Both the position numbers and the translations under genes were made by a program. From the NCBI GenBank assembly GCA_043739185.1, contig JAYUEN010000521.1, positions 1-26,653 on the forward strand: a stretch of 26,653 nucleotides of DNA. The letters are read 5' to 3'. This document shows positions 6,889 to 16,725 of the stretch, in pieces; positions within the stretch are counted from its first letter, which is position 1; each line of letters opens with the position of its first letter. The notes under the pieces were generated by a model. That model did not search any database, was not told the DNA's origin, and saw only the letters and a program-made list of their open reading frames with translations. This DNA comes from Bdellovibrionales bacterium. Its GTDB lineage: Bacteria > Bdellovibrionota > Bdellovibrionia > Bdellovibrionales > JAMPXM01.

Positions 6889-8793
6889 ATGGTTTTTAGA
6901 GATTCGAAATTTATAATTGGAATGGTGCTCATGCTTGGCGCTTTGGTGCCAGCACAATCTCGTAGCGAAATGACGAGTGATCGCGATGCTTATCGCCTGG
7001 AGCTAAACAGCCTTTTTCAAACCATGGATACCTACTATGGTCCACTCGAACTTAAAAAAACCACCATAGGCTTGAATTGGCCTCAACGAAAACAAAGCTT
7101 TGCTAGTCGAATTGATCAACTAAATAGCTCCAACGATTTTTACTTTCTGGTTTCAGATGTTTTAAATTCTCTCAATGATGCTCACGTTGCGATGGAGCTT
7201 CCGAGCACACTCAATTGGTCACTGCCTTTGCAATTCTCAAGCGTTGAAAACAGTATCATAGTTTCTTTTTTCAATAGCACCGCAATGCTTGCGGCCAAAT
7301 GCCCAGTGAGTTTGGGAGACGAACTAGTTAAAATAAATAGTAAGAGCTTTGAAGAAATTCAATCCACGCAAGCCGTATTTGCGAAGTACGGAAATCCAAT
7401 TACCAACCGCTCGATGTTTGCGCGCATGCTGACCAGCCTCAATGAAGCCAGAGGAGTTAAACTCGCCCAATTTGGCGGGCCCCAAGTGAACTTTTCTTTT
7501 GTTAAAGCTACAACCAAAGCAGCTTACAACTGTAATTTGACTTATAAAGCTACCGGAAATGCTCTGATTGATCGAGGTATGGGAGAGCCGGTTGTTCAAA
7601 TTCCGAAGTCATTGTTAAGCAATTCACCGGAGAGGTTTGATTTCGATCAGAAGTTAGATGATATCCTGGCAAAAGACGGCGACCGTCTGATTTTAACCAA
7701 AGAACAACGCGATAAGATTTATCGCGTTCAACAAATACTTTCTCAGGTTCACGGTCTGATGAATTTAACTACGAGTCTTGACGTCGCAAATTTAAAAGAG
7801 GATCCCGCCCCAGGTGATACCGGTCAGAAAATGACAATTGGTGAGTTGCCACCCTTTTTTAAATTGCCTTCTGATTTCAAAAAGATTGAATTCCCTGCAC
7901 TGGGAGCCCTCTTAAACGAAGACGCCTATTTTGCCGGAACCTTTGAACACAAAGGAAAAACCGTCGGCTTCTTAAGGATCCCAAGTTATATGCCAAGCGT
8001 GGTTTATACAATGCCACTTGGCCTTCGTTATATTATTTCAAAACTTCAAAAGACCGATTATCTGATCATTGACCAAACCAATAATCCCGGTGGAATGGTT
8101 GCTTACTCAGATATGATCGTAAAATCTTTGACCGGACTTTATGATATTTCAAAACATCTACGCTTTGTAGTTAAGCCTACGCAGGCTTATCTCAATCAAT
8201 TTGCGACCGTCATCAGCACTATTGAGTCTGATACCAGTGGTACTATTCCTGCTGAGGCTAAAGCTTTAATACCGGTCCTCAAAGCAAACTATGCGATCAT
8301 ACATAAAGCCTATGTGACTCATGCCAATTTGAGCGAACCTATTTCGATGATGGTAACCACTAAATTCATCGAAGTGGTTTTAGACCAACTTTACTCAATT
8401 ATTCCTCTCCATAAAAATATCGAGCAATATTTAGGTGCTGCGGTATTTACGCCTCAAACTTATGAGTTTCCGGTTTATATGATGATCAATGAATTCGATT
8501 TTTCTGGTGGAGATGCCACTCCTGCCACACTTCAGGATTACGGCCGCGTAAAATTAATTGGCGTGCGCACAGCCGGAGCTGGCGGCTCAGTTGAAGAATT
8601 TCGCAATACCATATCGTCAGATTATAAATATCATCTCACCACAAGCTTGATGTTGAGACGAAACGATACCTATGTTGAAAATTATGGAGTTCAGCCAGAT
8701 TATCCACTTAGTTTACTAAAATCTGATTATGCAAATTCATTTTCGCAAGTCCTCAACAAGGTTTTAGGCATCATCGACAACCAAGGTCGTTAA
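6889..8793 (+). CDS. Secreted S41-family protease, CPAF-like
   Basis: SD AGGAGG before ATG 6889 and a signal peptide. Motifs YGPLELK, LNDAH, GFLRIPSY, LIIDQTNNPGG, DFSGGD, IGVRTAGAGG and VENYGVQPD. Confidence 0.9.
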   Translation: MVFRDSKFIIGMVLMLGALVPAQSRSEMTSDRDAYRLELNSLFQTMDTYYGPLELKKTTIGLNWPQRKQSFASRIDQLNSSNDFYFLVSDVLNSLNDAHVAMELPSTLNWSLPLQFSSVENSIIVSFFNSTAMLAAKCPVSLGDELVKINSKSFEEIQSTQAVFAKYGNPITNRSMFARMLTSLNEARGVKLAQFGGPQVNFSFVKATTKAAYNCNLTYKATGNALIDRGMGEPVVQIPKSLLSNSPERFDFDQKLDDILAKDGDRLILTKEQRDKIYRVQQILSQVHGLMNLTTSLDVANLKEDPAPGDTGQKMTIGELPPFFKLPSDFKKIEFPALGALLNEDAYFAGTFEHKGKTVGFLRIPSYMPSVVYTMPLGLRYIISKLQKTDYLIIDQTNNPGGMVAYSDMIVKSLTGLYDISKHLRFVVKPTQAYLNQFATVISTIESDTSGTIPAEAKALIPVLKANYAIIHKAYVTHANLSEPISMMVTTKFIEVVLDQLYSIIPLHKNIEQYLGAAVFTPQTYEFPVYMMINEFDFSGGDATPATLQDYGRVKLIGVRTAGAGGSVEEFRNTISSDYKYHLTTSLMLRRNDTYVENYGVQPDYPLSLLKSDYANSFSQVLNKVLGIIDNQGR

Positions 8794-8806
8794 TTTTAAT
8801 TTAGAC

Positions 8807-8839
8807 TGCGCCTCCCCTTTTAGCTTTAAGGGGGGCGCA
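8807..8839. terminator. GC-rich hairpin after the S41 protease gene
   Basis: TGCGCCTCCCCTT-loop-AAGGGGGGCGCA, starting 13 nt after the stop. There is no strong U-tract. Confidence 0.6.
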
Positions 8840-8976
8840 AATGCGCTTTGTCAAAATAGATTGTTATTTTATTATTAAGCCCAAACTAATCCTTTCATTT
8901 CAATTTAAAAAAAATTAGCTTATTAAGCTGTTAGTTCAAAATAGGCCGACCATATTGATTTAAAATTAGAAGTGAA

Positions 8977-10482
8977 ATGTCAAAAACGCCCAACTCATTA
9001 AAAGATGTCAAAGAAGCTTTCGAACTCATTAAGCATTCTTTGAATTCGGCAAAAGTCGGAATCTCACACATTTCTTTTACCGGAGATATACTTTGGGCCA
9101 ATGAAATTGCACTCGAGTATATGGGTGTTGAGTCCACAAATTATCTCGGAATAAATTTCAAGCAATTGAACAAGCCTGAAGATTTCGCAAGGCAATTGAA
9201 AAACTGGAATAAACTTCGCACTGGAGAAGTTGAAAGTTTATCAATTGACAAAGCTTTTTTAAAAAAAGACGGCAGCTTCTTTTGGGGAAATATATCGATC
9301 ACGGCTCAAAGAAATAAAAATGGCGAACCTGAATTCATTGTGGCTGTATACAATGATATAAATAAACGCAAAGAGTCTGAAAATTTTTTAAATATGGTTC
9401 TGCGCGCTCTACCTTCTTTGATTTCTTATATCGATAAGGATCTCAAGTATCGCTTTGTGAATCAAAGTTATGAACGCTGGTTTGGTCTTCCTTATAAAGA
9501 GATCGTGGGAAAAAGTCTCATTGATGTGATCGGACCAACAGCCTTTGAACAGGCACAGCCGCATTTGGCAAGAGCGCTCAAAGGCGAATATGTCGAATAT
9601 GAAAGACGTCTCGATTATAAATTCGGAGGTGCTCGGGAAGTTCATGTCTCATTCATTCCTGATTTAAATCCCATTGGAGAAGTACTTGGGTTTGTAGTTG
9701 TAGTAAACGATGTAACCGAGATTAAGAATGTACAAGAATTTAACGAAGAACAGCATAGTCGCATTTATGAAGCAGCAAAACTTTCGGTAGTGGGCTCAAT
9801 TGCCTCTGCAGTTTCCCACCAAATCAGTGGTCCACTTGAAGCATTAAATGCCAAAATTGACCAAATGCAGGCTCGGATTGACAAACTAGAAGAGCAAAAT
9901 CGCAAATTATTTCGTGAGGACCTCTTAAAAATTCAAAATAGTAGCTATCATATTTCAAATGTGGTGAAGGGCCTTCGTTCAATTTCTCGAAATCCATTTG
10001 AAGAAAGCTTTATTGAACACAATTTATCGCTCGTCATCGAAGACGCACTATCATTTTGCAAAGAACGCTTTCAGGAAAAGGGAATTGAAATTCTCTTAGA
10101 GGATCCAAAAGATCTACGCGTCAAGTGCAAGCCCACCCAGATTTCGCAAGTTATACTGAATCTATTAAATAACAGCTGTGATGCCATTGAGAAACTCGAT
10201 TCAAAGTGGATTAAAATTAACGTAGTTGAAGAAGCAAACTGTATACAGATAGCCGTAACTGACAGCGGCCCAGGCCTTGCCCATGAGGTGGTCTCACAAA
10301 TGATGTCACCATTTTTTTCAACTAAAAAAGGCACTAAAGTTTCAGGCCTTGGTCTTAGCGATTCACGGGACATTATTGAAAGCCACGGTGGCAATTTCTT
10401 TTATGATTCGTCCGGAAATAATACGCGCTTTATAATTGAACTTTTAAGAGAGCAAAAATATGCTACTATAAAAGGAGAATGA
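8977..10482 (+). CDS. Cytoplasmic PAS-PAS sensor histidine kinase with a degenerate H-box
   Basis: Two PAS/PAC domains (KKDGSFFW...DINKRK; YRFVNQSYERWFG...DVTEIK). H-box SHQISGPL, N-box NLLNNSCDAI, DSGPG, PFFSTK and SGLGLS. Confidence 0.9.
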   Translation: MSKTPNSLKDVKEAFELIKHSLNSAKVGISHISFTGDILWANEIALEYMGVESTNYLGINFKQLNKPEDFARQLKNWNKLRTGEVESLSIDKAFLKKDGSFFWGNISITAQRNKNGEPEFIVAVYNDINKRKESENFLNMVLRALPSLISYIDKDLKYRFVNQSYERWFGLPYKEIVGKSLIDVIGPTAFEQAQPHLARALKGEYVEYERRLDYKFGGAREVHVSFIPDLNPIGEVLGFVVVVNDVTEIKNVQEFNEEQHSRIYEAAKLSVVGSIASAVSHQISGPLEALNAKIDQMQARIDKLEEQNRKLFREDLLKIQNSSYHISNVVKGLRSISRNPFEESFIEHNLSLVIEDALSFCKERFQEKGIEILLEDPKDLRVKCKPTQISQVILNLLNNSCDAIEKLDSKWIKINVVEEANCIQIAVTDSGPGLAHEVVSQMMSPFFSTKKGTKVSGLGLSDSRDIIESHGGNFFYDSSGNNTRFIIELLREQKYATIKGE

Positions 10483-10874
10483 ACTTACCTTATGATGAAA
10501 TTGAAATTACCGCGACTCGTTCTCGGGGTCCAGGCGGACAGAACGTAAACAAAACCAATTCTGCGATTCAACTTCGTTGGAATTTGAGAAATTCTCAATT
10601 CTTCCCTCTCCACATTTATGATCGACTCCTCTTCAAATTGGCATCAAAACTCACTGTTGATGGCGAAATCATAATCCGAAGCGAAAATTTTCGGGATCAA
10701 GATCAAAATAAAAAAGATGCCTATTTTAAATTAAATGAAATGATTCTGGCTGCATTGTATATCCCTAAAAAGCGAGTGAAAACCAAGCCCACTCGTGGCT
10801 CTAAAGAAAGGCGACTCAAACAAAAAAAAGGCCGCTCTGATATTAAAAAATCGCGTTCTTCTCGTTACGACTAA
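10479..10874 (+). CDS. arfB: Alternative ribosome rescue factor B (peptidyl-tRNA hydrolase)
   Basis: RSRGPGGQNVNKT, and a basic tail KKRVKTKPTRGSKERRLKQKKGRSDIKKSR. SD AAGGAG. Confidence 0.96.
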   Translation: MNLPYDEIEITATRSRGPGGQNVNKTNSAIQLRWNLRNSQFFPLHIYDRLLFKLASKLTVDGEIIIRSENFRDQDQNKKDAYFKLNEMILAALYIPKKRVKTKPTRGSKERRLKQKKGRSDIKKSRSSRYD

Positions 10875-10877
10875 ATT

Positions 10878-12248
10878 TTATTTTAGACTTTGCTCAGCTT
10901 TTAAGATTTGCTTCAATACAGCCTCTGGTGAGGTACCGCCTTCGGAGTTTCGCGCCTTGAGTACCGCAAAGTGTGAAGTCTTATCAAGACTCACTTGATC
11001 AAACAGCGAATGGCTCTCTTTTAATTGCGCAAGACTCAATTCTTCTAGCCCAATGTTAAGCTTCAAACACTTTTGAACTAATTGCCCCACGACTTCATGG
11101 GCCTCTCGAAAACTAATACCCTTTTGAACCAAATCATCTGCAAGATCTGTGGCATTTGAAAAGTCAGCTTTAAGTGCATTTTGCATTTGGGCTTTATTCC
11201 AGCTGCATTTGGTAAGCATAAGTAGCATCAACTTCAAACACGATCTTAGAGTTTCAATTCCTTCAAATAGGTGAACTTTATCTTCTTGCATATCGCGATT
11301 GTAACTAAGAGGTAAGGACTTCATCATGGTGAGTGCTCCCATTAATGATCCGTAAACCCTGCCAACTCGACCGCGGATAAGTTCTGCCACGTCTGGATTT
11401 TTCTTCTGTGGCATGATCGAAGAGCCAGTTGTCACTTCATCGCCAAGCTCTACAAAGTCAAATTCGGGAGAACTCCAAATAATGAGCTCTTCACAAAAGC
11501 GCGATAAATGCATCATACAGATCGCAGCATCAGAGAGAAATTCAATAACGAAGTCACGATCCGAAACGGCATCAAGAGAATTTTCAGATACTTTCAAAAA
11601 TCCCAGCTCTTGGGCGGTGAAATTTCGGTCGATTTGAAAGCCAGTGCCGGCGAGCGCTGCTGACCCCAGAGGTAAAACTAGAATTCTTTTGTGAGAGTCT
11701 TCAAGTCTCGAGCGATCGCGATCGAACATCCAAAAATATGCGAGTAAATGATGCGCCAAACTAATTGGTTGCGCATGTTGAAAGTGTGTCATGCCAGGCA
11801 TGAGGCTCTCGGTATGCACTTTGGCTTGCGCCAATAGTTCTCCCTGAATGCCTTTTAAGATTTCAGCAATGTGATGAATATTTTGACTTAAATAAAGTCG
11901 GGTGTCGGTTGCAATTTGATCGTTTCGACTGCGCGCTGTATGCACGCGCTTTGCCGCTTCACCTATTTTCTCAAATAGGCGCTGCTCAATTTCACCGTGA
12001 ATATCTTCTGCTTGCGGATTGAAAGTCCATGCACCAGATTTTAATTCACTAGCCATTTCACGTAAGCCAGAAATAATTTTTTCTGCATCAAGTGGATTGA
12101 TGATTTTTTGTCGGCCTAACATTGCTGCATGCGCAATCGAAGCTTGAATATCAACCTCGGCCAATTGACAATCAATCGCAATCGACGAAGAAAACTGTTT
12201 TACTTCGTCAGCCGTTTCCTTTTCAAATCGTCCGCCCCACAAACTCAT
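10878..12248 (-). CDS. argH: Argininosuccinate lyase
   Basis: Motifs LWGGRF, HTARSRNDQ, MPG.THFQHAQP, TGSSIMPQKKNPD and YNRDMQEDK. Confidence 0.98.
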   Translation of the reverse strand: MSLWGGRFEKETADEVKQFSSSIAIDCQLAEVDIQASIAHAAMLGRQKIINPLDAEKIISGLREMASELKSGAWTFNPQAEDIHGEIEQRLFEKIGEAAKRVHTARSRNDQIATDTRLYLSQNIHHIAEILKGIQGELLAQAKVHTESLMPGMTHFQHAQPISLAHHLLAYFWMFDRDRSRLEDSHKRILVLPLGSAALAGTGFQIDRNFTAQELGFLKVSENSLDAVSDRDFVIEFLSDAAICMMHLSRFCEELIIWSSPEFDFVELGDEVTTGSSIMPQKKNPDVAELIRGRVGRVYGSLMGALTMMKSLPLSYNRDMQEDKVHLFEGIETLRSCLKLMLLMLTKCSWNKAQMQNALKADFSNATDLADDLVQKGISFREAHEVVGQLVQKCLKLNIGLEELSLAQLKESHSLFDQVSLDKTSHFAVLKARNSEGGTSPEAVLKQILKAEQSLK

Positions 12249-13459
12249 AATTCTTTCTGATTCTTTTCTAAAAGTTTAAAAAACATACGTGGCTGAAGGC
12301 CAAAGTTTTTAACAGCGCCCGTACTTTCACGCTGATCAAAGGTCGTGGTATCAAATGAAGCCAGATCCTCATTGTACAATGCCCAATGAGATTTTCGCCC
12401 CAAAATGGTCGCAGAACCCTTGTACAATTTTAGATTTACTTCGCCAGTGACTCGCATCTGAGTTGAATCAATGAAAGCTTCAAGATCTGTTTTAAAGGGA
12501 TCCCACCACAGGCCTTCGTAAGCAAGCTTGCTCCATTCTTGATCGACAATGGCTTTGAATCTAATTTCTTCTCTAGTTAAAACTAAATTCTCAAGCGCTT
12601 TATGGGCCATTAAAAAAACTGTGGCGCCAGGGCATTCGTAGTTTTCACGTACTTTAAGACCCATCATGCGATCTTCCATGATGTCGATTCGTCCGATGCC
12701 GTTGTCACCAGCTAATTTATTCATTTTAATCACAAGTTGAGCGGGGCTCATTTTCACGCCATCAATTGCAACCGGCACACCAGCTTTGAATTCGACTTTT
12801 ACCAAGCTCGGGTTTGCATTTGCGTTTTCTTGAGACTTGGTCCACTGAAAAATCTCTTCAGGCGGCGCGAAGTCTGGCTCTTCGAGTCTGCCACCTTCAA
12901 TTGAACGTCCCCACAAATTTTCATCAATCGACCAAATTTTATTTAATGACTGCTGAATCGGAACATTTTTTTGCTTGGCGTATTCAATTTCCCAACTGCG
13001 AGTCATATTTCGCTCTCGCACTGGCGCATGAATGGTGACATCAGGTAGTATCATGCGAATTCCGTATTCAATTCGATATTGGTCATTGCCCTTGCCCGTA
13101 CAGCCATGAGCAAAAGCTTTCACATCGAATTTCTTTGCGACTTCAGCCGCTTTTGCGGCAATCAAAGGACGGGCAATTGATGTCGACATAGGATAGCCTT
13201 GATAATTGCCGTTTGCTTTTACCGCCGGCCAACAAAATTTCTCAACAAATTCTTCTTGAGCATCAACTGTAAAATGAGTGGTTCCCATTATTTTAGCTTT
13301 TTCTTGTGCCTGAACTATATCTGATTTTTCTTGTCCAACATCGATCGTTACTGTGATGACTTCCTTATATCCGTACTCTTCTCGCATGAGTGGAATACAA
13401 ATAGAAGTATCGAGTCCCCCACTATAAACCAATAAAACTTTTGAATTAGAATCTGACAT
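12245..13459 (-). CDS. argG: Argininosuccinate synthase
   Basis: Motifs YSGGLDTS, AHGCTGKGNDQ, SIDENLWGRSIEGG and GLKVRE.YE.PG. Confidence 0.98.
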   Translation of the reverse strand: MSDSNSKVLLVYSGGLDTSICIPLMREEYGYKEVITVTIDVGQEKSDIVQAQEKAKIMGTTHFTVDAQEEFVEKFCWPAVKANGNYQGYPMSTSIARPLIAAKAAEVAKKFDVKAFAHGCTGKGNDQYRIEYGIRMILPDVTIHAPVRERNMTRSWEIEYAKQKNVPIQQSLNKIWSIDENLWGRSIEGGRLEEPDFAPPEEIFQWTKSQENANANPSLVKVEFKAGVPVAIDGVKMSPAQLVIKMNKLAGDNGIGRIDIMEDRMMGLKVRENYECPGATVFLMAHKALENLVLTREEIRFKAIVDQEWSKLAYEGLWWDPFKTDLEAFIDSTQMRVTGEVNLKLYKGSATILGRKSHWALYNEDLASFDTTTFDQRESTGAVKNFGLQPRMFFKLLEKNQKEL

Positions 13460-13504
13460 ATTAATCTGGCCTTTCTTTTATGAAACACATCCCGGATCTC
13501 AGTT

Positions 13505-13603
13505 CGTGAATATTTATGCATCTTTTTTGCTTTATAAGCAATTAAAATTTGACAACTGCATATTTATCCATAATTATGCATTAAGTATGCATAATTATTT
13601 AGC
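13505..13603. promoter_or_regulatory. ArgR operator array (ARG boxes) with a sigma70-type promoter between divergent argG and argC
   Basis: Box cores TGAATATTTATGCA 13507-13520, TGCATATTTATCCA 13557-13570, TCCATAATTATGCA 13567-13580 and TGCATAATTATTTA 13588-13601. The last two are 21 bp apart, the canonical tandem spacing. A perfect TTGACA lies at 13549-13554. Confidence 0.85.
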
Positions 13604-14681
13604 AGATATTAAATTCAAATTCCCCCCTCTTCCTAGTGTTTCGGTGGTCGGAGCTCGTGGTTATGCAGGTATTGAACTCATCAAATTGCTCATCGAGCAC
13701 CCTAGCGTTCAACTTCAATATGCCTTCGGCACCTCAATTTTTAATTTGGCAGATGATTTATTAGATTCTAGATTTTCAAAAGTTAAATGCCTAAATGAGA
13801 GCGAAATTTTAACACATAAAAGTGATATTATTTTTTTAGCCACACCTGCTGAAATTTCTTTAAAATTAACTCCTCTGCTTTTGAAACAAGGATCGGTTGT
13901 TATAGATTTAAGCGGAGCTTTTCGCCTCAAAAAAAATGATTATTTAAAGTGGTACGGCTTTAAGCATCCCGAGCCAGAGCTTCTTTCAAAAGCACACTAT
14001 GGCCTTCAGGCGTTGGCTACTCAGAACATGGCTACACTCATTGCAAATCCTGGTTGCTATGCGACTGCCATTTCATTGGCACTCATTCCACTTTTGAAAT
14101 TTAATTTGATCGATCCGAAGCAAATTGTGATTGATGCAAAATCCGGAACTTCAGGGGCTGGCAAAAAAGCTCTTGAGAATTTGCTGTTTACTGAAGTTGT
14201 TGGCGAGTGTCTTCCTTATAAAGTAGGTAGGCACCAGCATCTTCCAGAAATTCAAGAATCGATCGAGGCATTTACAGGCGTTAGTATTGAACCACATTTT
14301 TCGACAAGCTTACTGGGCACTTCAAGAGGAATCATCGCCGGAATTTATTTGAATTCCTTGACCGAGGATTTAAAAAAAATTGAGAAGGCCTATGAAAAAA
14401 TGTATCAAAATTATAAGCTCGTCCGTTTTTCTTCTAAAATATCACAATACGCGAGTCTTAAAAAAGTAGTTGGCACCCCATTTACCAATATTTCTTATGA
14501 ACTTGTCGGTCGCAAGCTCTATGTTTTTTCTTGTATCGACAATTTGCTAAAAGGGGCGGCCTCACAAGCAATTGAAAATCTAAATTCACTTTTGAATTTG
14601 CCGCTCGAATATTCTCTCATTCCTGATTTTTCTTTTTCTCATTCTCTCAGCCCCCTAAACCAAAACGAGGCACAATTATGA
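13587..14681 (+). CDS. argC: N-acetyl-gamma-glutamyl-phosphate reductase
   Basis: Motifs VVGARGYAG, VIDLSGAFR, IANPGCYAT, SGTSGAG, HQHLPEI and DNLLKGAASQA. The track start (GTG 13506) runs through the operator; ATG 13587 is the last ATG before the Rossmann motif. Confidence 0.95.
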   Translation: MHNYLADIKFKFPPLPSVSVVGARGYAGIELIKLLIEHPSVQLQYAFGTSIFNLADDLLDSRFSKVKCLNESEILTHKSDIIFLATPAEISLKLTPLLLKQGSVVIDLSGAFRLKKNDYLKWYGFKHPEPELLSKAHYGLQALATQNMATLIANPGCYATAISLALIPLLKFNLIDPKQIVIDAKSGTSGAGKKALENLLFTEVVGECLPYKVGRHQHLPEIQESIEAFTGVSIEPHFSTSLLGTSRGIIAGIYLNSLTEDLKKIEKAYEKMYQNYKLVRFSSKISQYASLKKVVGTPFTNISYELVGRKLYVFSCIDNLLKGAASQAIENLNSLLNLPLEYSLIPDFSFSHSLSPLNQNEAQL

Positions 14682-15874
14682 CCCCAGGTCCCGGACTCCA
14701 TCGCACGCTTTTACCACTTGGATTTTTCGCTAGCGGAGTGAATTGTGGTGTGCGCCGTTATCGCCCTGACCTCGGTCTTATCTATACTGAAAAAGATTGT
14801 GTAGCCGCCGGCGTATTTACTTTGAATGAGTGTAAAGCTGCCCCGGTTTTATATTCACAAGCGCTTTTGCCTTCGGATAAAATTCGCGCCATTATTACCA
14901 ATTCAGGTCAAGCAAATGCAGCAACTGGAGCTCAAGGCACTAGCAATAATCTGCAAATGGTAGAGTGTTTGGCTCAAAATCTTGAAATCTCGGCAGATCA
15001 AGTTCTAGTTGCCAGCACCGGAGTCATCGGCCAACAAATGCAAGTCGATAAAATCTGCGAGGCGATTCCTGAATTGGTCAATCGCTCTACTGAAATTGCA
15101 GAGAATTTCGCATTGGCGATTTTAACCACTGATTTGGTTCCAAAAACCGTAACCAGTGTCGTGAAACTTTCGGGCGGAAGTATTCGCATCACCGGGATTT
15201 GCAAAGGCTCCGGAATGATTCACCCAAATATGGCAACCATGCTGGGTTATTTATTAACGGATGTAAAAATGACCAAAGAAGTGGCCCACACGATGCTAAA
15301 GGACGCAACCGATGTGAGCTTCAATATGATCAGCGTCGATGGAGACTCTTCGACCAATGATTGTAATTTTCTTTTTGCAAGTGGTGAGTCAAATGTCGAA
15401 TTGAAAAGCGATGAAGATTACCATATTTTCAAAAATGAACTCGTAAAGATTTCAAAATATTTGGCCCAGTCAATTGCTGCCGACGGAGAAGGTGCCGGCA
15501 AATTAATTGAAGTCGCAATTGTTGGCAGCCCCACTACAGAACTTGCGCGAAATGCAGCTCGAGGGGTCACCATGTCGCCTCTCATTAAAACGGCTATGCA
15601 CGGTGAAGATCCCAACTGGGGAAGAATTTTAGCTCGCCTAGGCGCAGAGAAAGTTCCCGCTGCGGCACTTGATAAAATGGTGCTCAAAATTCAAGGACAA
15701 GTTTTGTATTCGGATGGCGCTCCTCAAAATTTTGATCGCCTTGAGGTCAAGGCACTCTTGAAACAATCGAAAATTCAAATCGATATCGATCTTAGATCCG
15801 GAAGTGAATTTGCAACTGCCTGGGGTTGTGATTTGTCCAAAAAATATGTTGAAATCAATACGGAGTACTCATGA
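14678..15874 (+). CDS. argJ: Ornithine acetyltransferase / N-acetylglutamate synthase
   Basis: Motifs NSGQANAATG, STGVIG, KGSGMIHPNMATML (autocleavage Thr), VDGDSSTND, DGEGA and DPNWGR. Confidence 0.97.
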   Translation: MTPGPGLHRTLLPLGFFASGVNCGVRRYRPDLGLIYTEKDCVAAGVFTLNECKAAPVLYSQALLPSDKIRAIITNSGQANAATGAQGTSNNLQMVECLAQNLEISADQVLVASTGVIGQQMQVDKICEAIPELVNRSTEIAENFALAILTTDLVPKTVTSVVKLSGGSIRITGICKGSGMIHPNMATMLGYLLTDVKMTKEVAHTMLKDATDVSFNMISVDGDSSTNDCNFLFASGESNVELKSDEDYHIFKNELVKISKYLAQSIAADGEGAGKLIEVAIVGSPTTELARNAARGVTMSPLIKTAMHGEDPNWGRILARLGAEKVPAAALDKMVLKIQGQVLYSDGAPQNFDRLEVKALLKQSKIQIDIDLRSGSEFATAWGCDLSKKYVEINTEYS

Positions 15875-16725
15875 ACAACAAGAGAATTCTTATTAAACTG
15901 GGTGGCGCATCTCTTGATGGCCTTGCCGATGGCAACTTAAGCATTTTGTTAAAACTTGCAAAGTGCATCGAACAATATCGTAGCCTAGGTTATCAAGTAT
16001 TGGTCGTTCACGGCGGCGGTCCTGCGATCAATGCCGAGCTCATGAGCCGAAATATTTCCTGGAGTTTTGTTAAAGGCCAAAGGGTCACCTCTCATGAGAT
16101 GATGCAAGTGATTGAAATGGTTTTGAGTGGCCAAGTAAATCCAAAAATTGTTAAATTTTTAAATTCTCAGGGCCTTTTTTCTCTTGGCTTTTCAGGAGTC
16201 GACGGACCAACCCTGCTTTGCTCGCAAGCAAGCCCCGATTTGGGTTTTGTTGGAGTTGTTGATCAAGTCAATTCAAGATGGATTGAAGATCTTTTAGCTC
16301 TTCCACACGGACCAATTCCGGTCATTGCTCCTCTAGGAACTAATATGGCAGGTGAGTCTTTTAACATAAATGCCGATTGGGCGGCTGCTAAAATCGCAAG
16401 CGCACTTAAAGTTCAACAGTTGATTTTTCTCACCGATCAAAGCGGGATTTTGGATCAAAGAAAGATGCCCATCCGAGATATTTCTGAATCTCAGCTCGAC
16501 CAATTGGTCAGTGATGAAGTAGTCACCGGCGGAATGTATACCAAGTCGCTAACAATTTTACACGCTCTCTCGCATGGAGTGCAAAGTGTTCGCGTCTTAC
16601 ACGCCAAAGATTGCGTCGATGCCATATTCAATGATCGCGTCGGCACCTGGTGTTTAAACGAGAGAAGCTATCAAAAGATTCAGCCAAAAATTGCAGAGAG
16701 GCAGACCAGCTATGCTAGCCTTTAA
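15871..16725 (+). CDS. argB: Acetylglutamate kinase
   Basis: Motifs IKLGG, VVHGGGPAI, GQRVT, NINAD and GGM..K. Confidence 0.95.
   Translation: MNNKRILIKLGGASLDGLADGNLSILLKLAKCIEQYRSLGYQVLVVHGGGPAINAELMSRNISWSFVKGQRVTSHEMMQVIEMVLSGQVNPKIVKFLNSQGLFSLGFSGVDGPTLLCSQASPDLGFVGVVDQVNSRWIEDLLALPHGPIPVIAPLGTNMAGESFNINADWAAAKIASALKVQQLIFLTDQSGILDQRKMPIRDISESQLDQLVSDEVVTGGMYTKSLTILHALSHGVQSVRVLHAKDCVDAIFNDRVGTWCLNERSYQKIQPKIAERQTSYASL

Noticed and set aside
13506..13586. 27-codon N-terminal extension of argC
   Set aside because: It coincides with the promoter and ARG boxes, and has no ArgC-like content.
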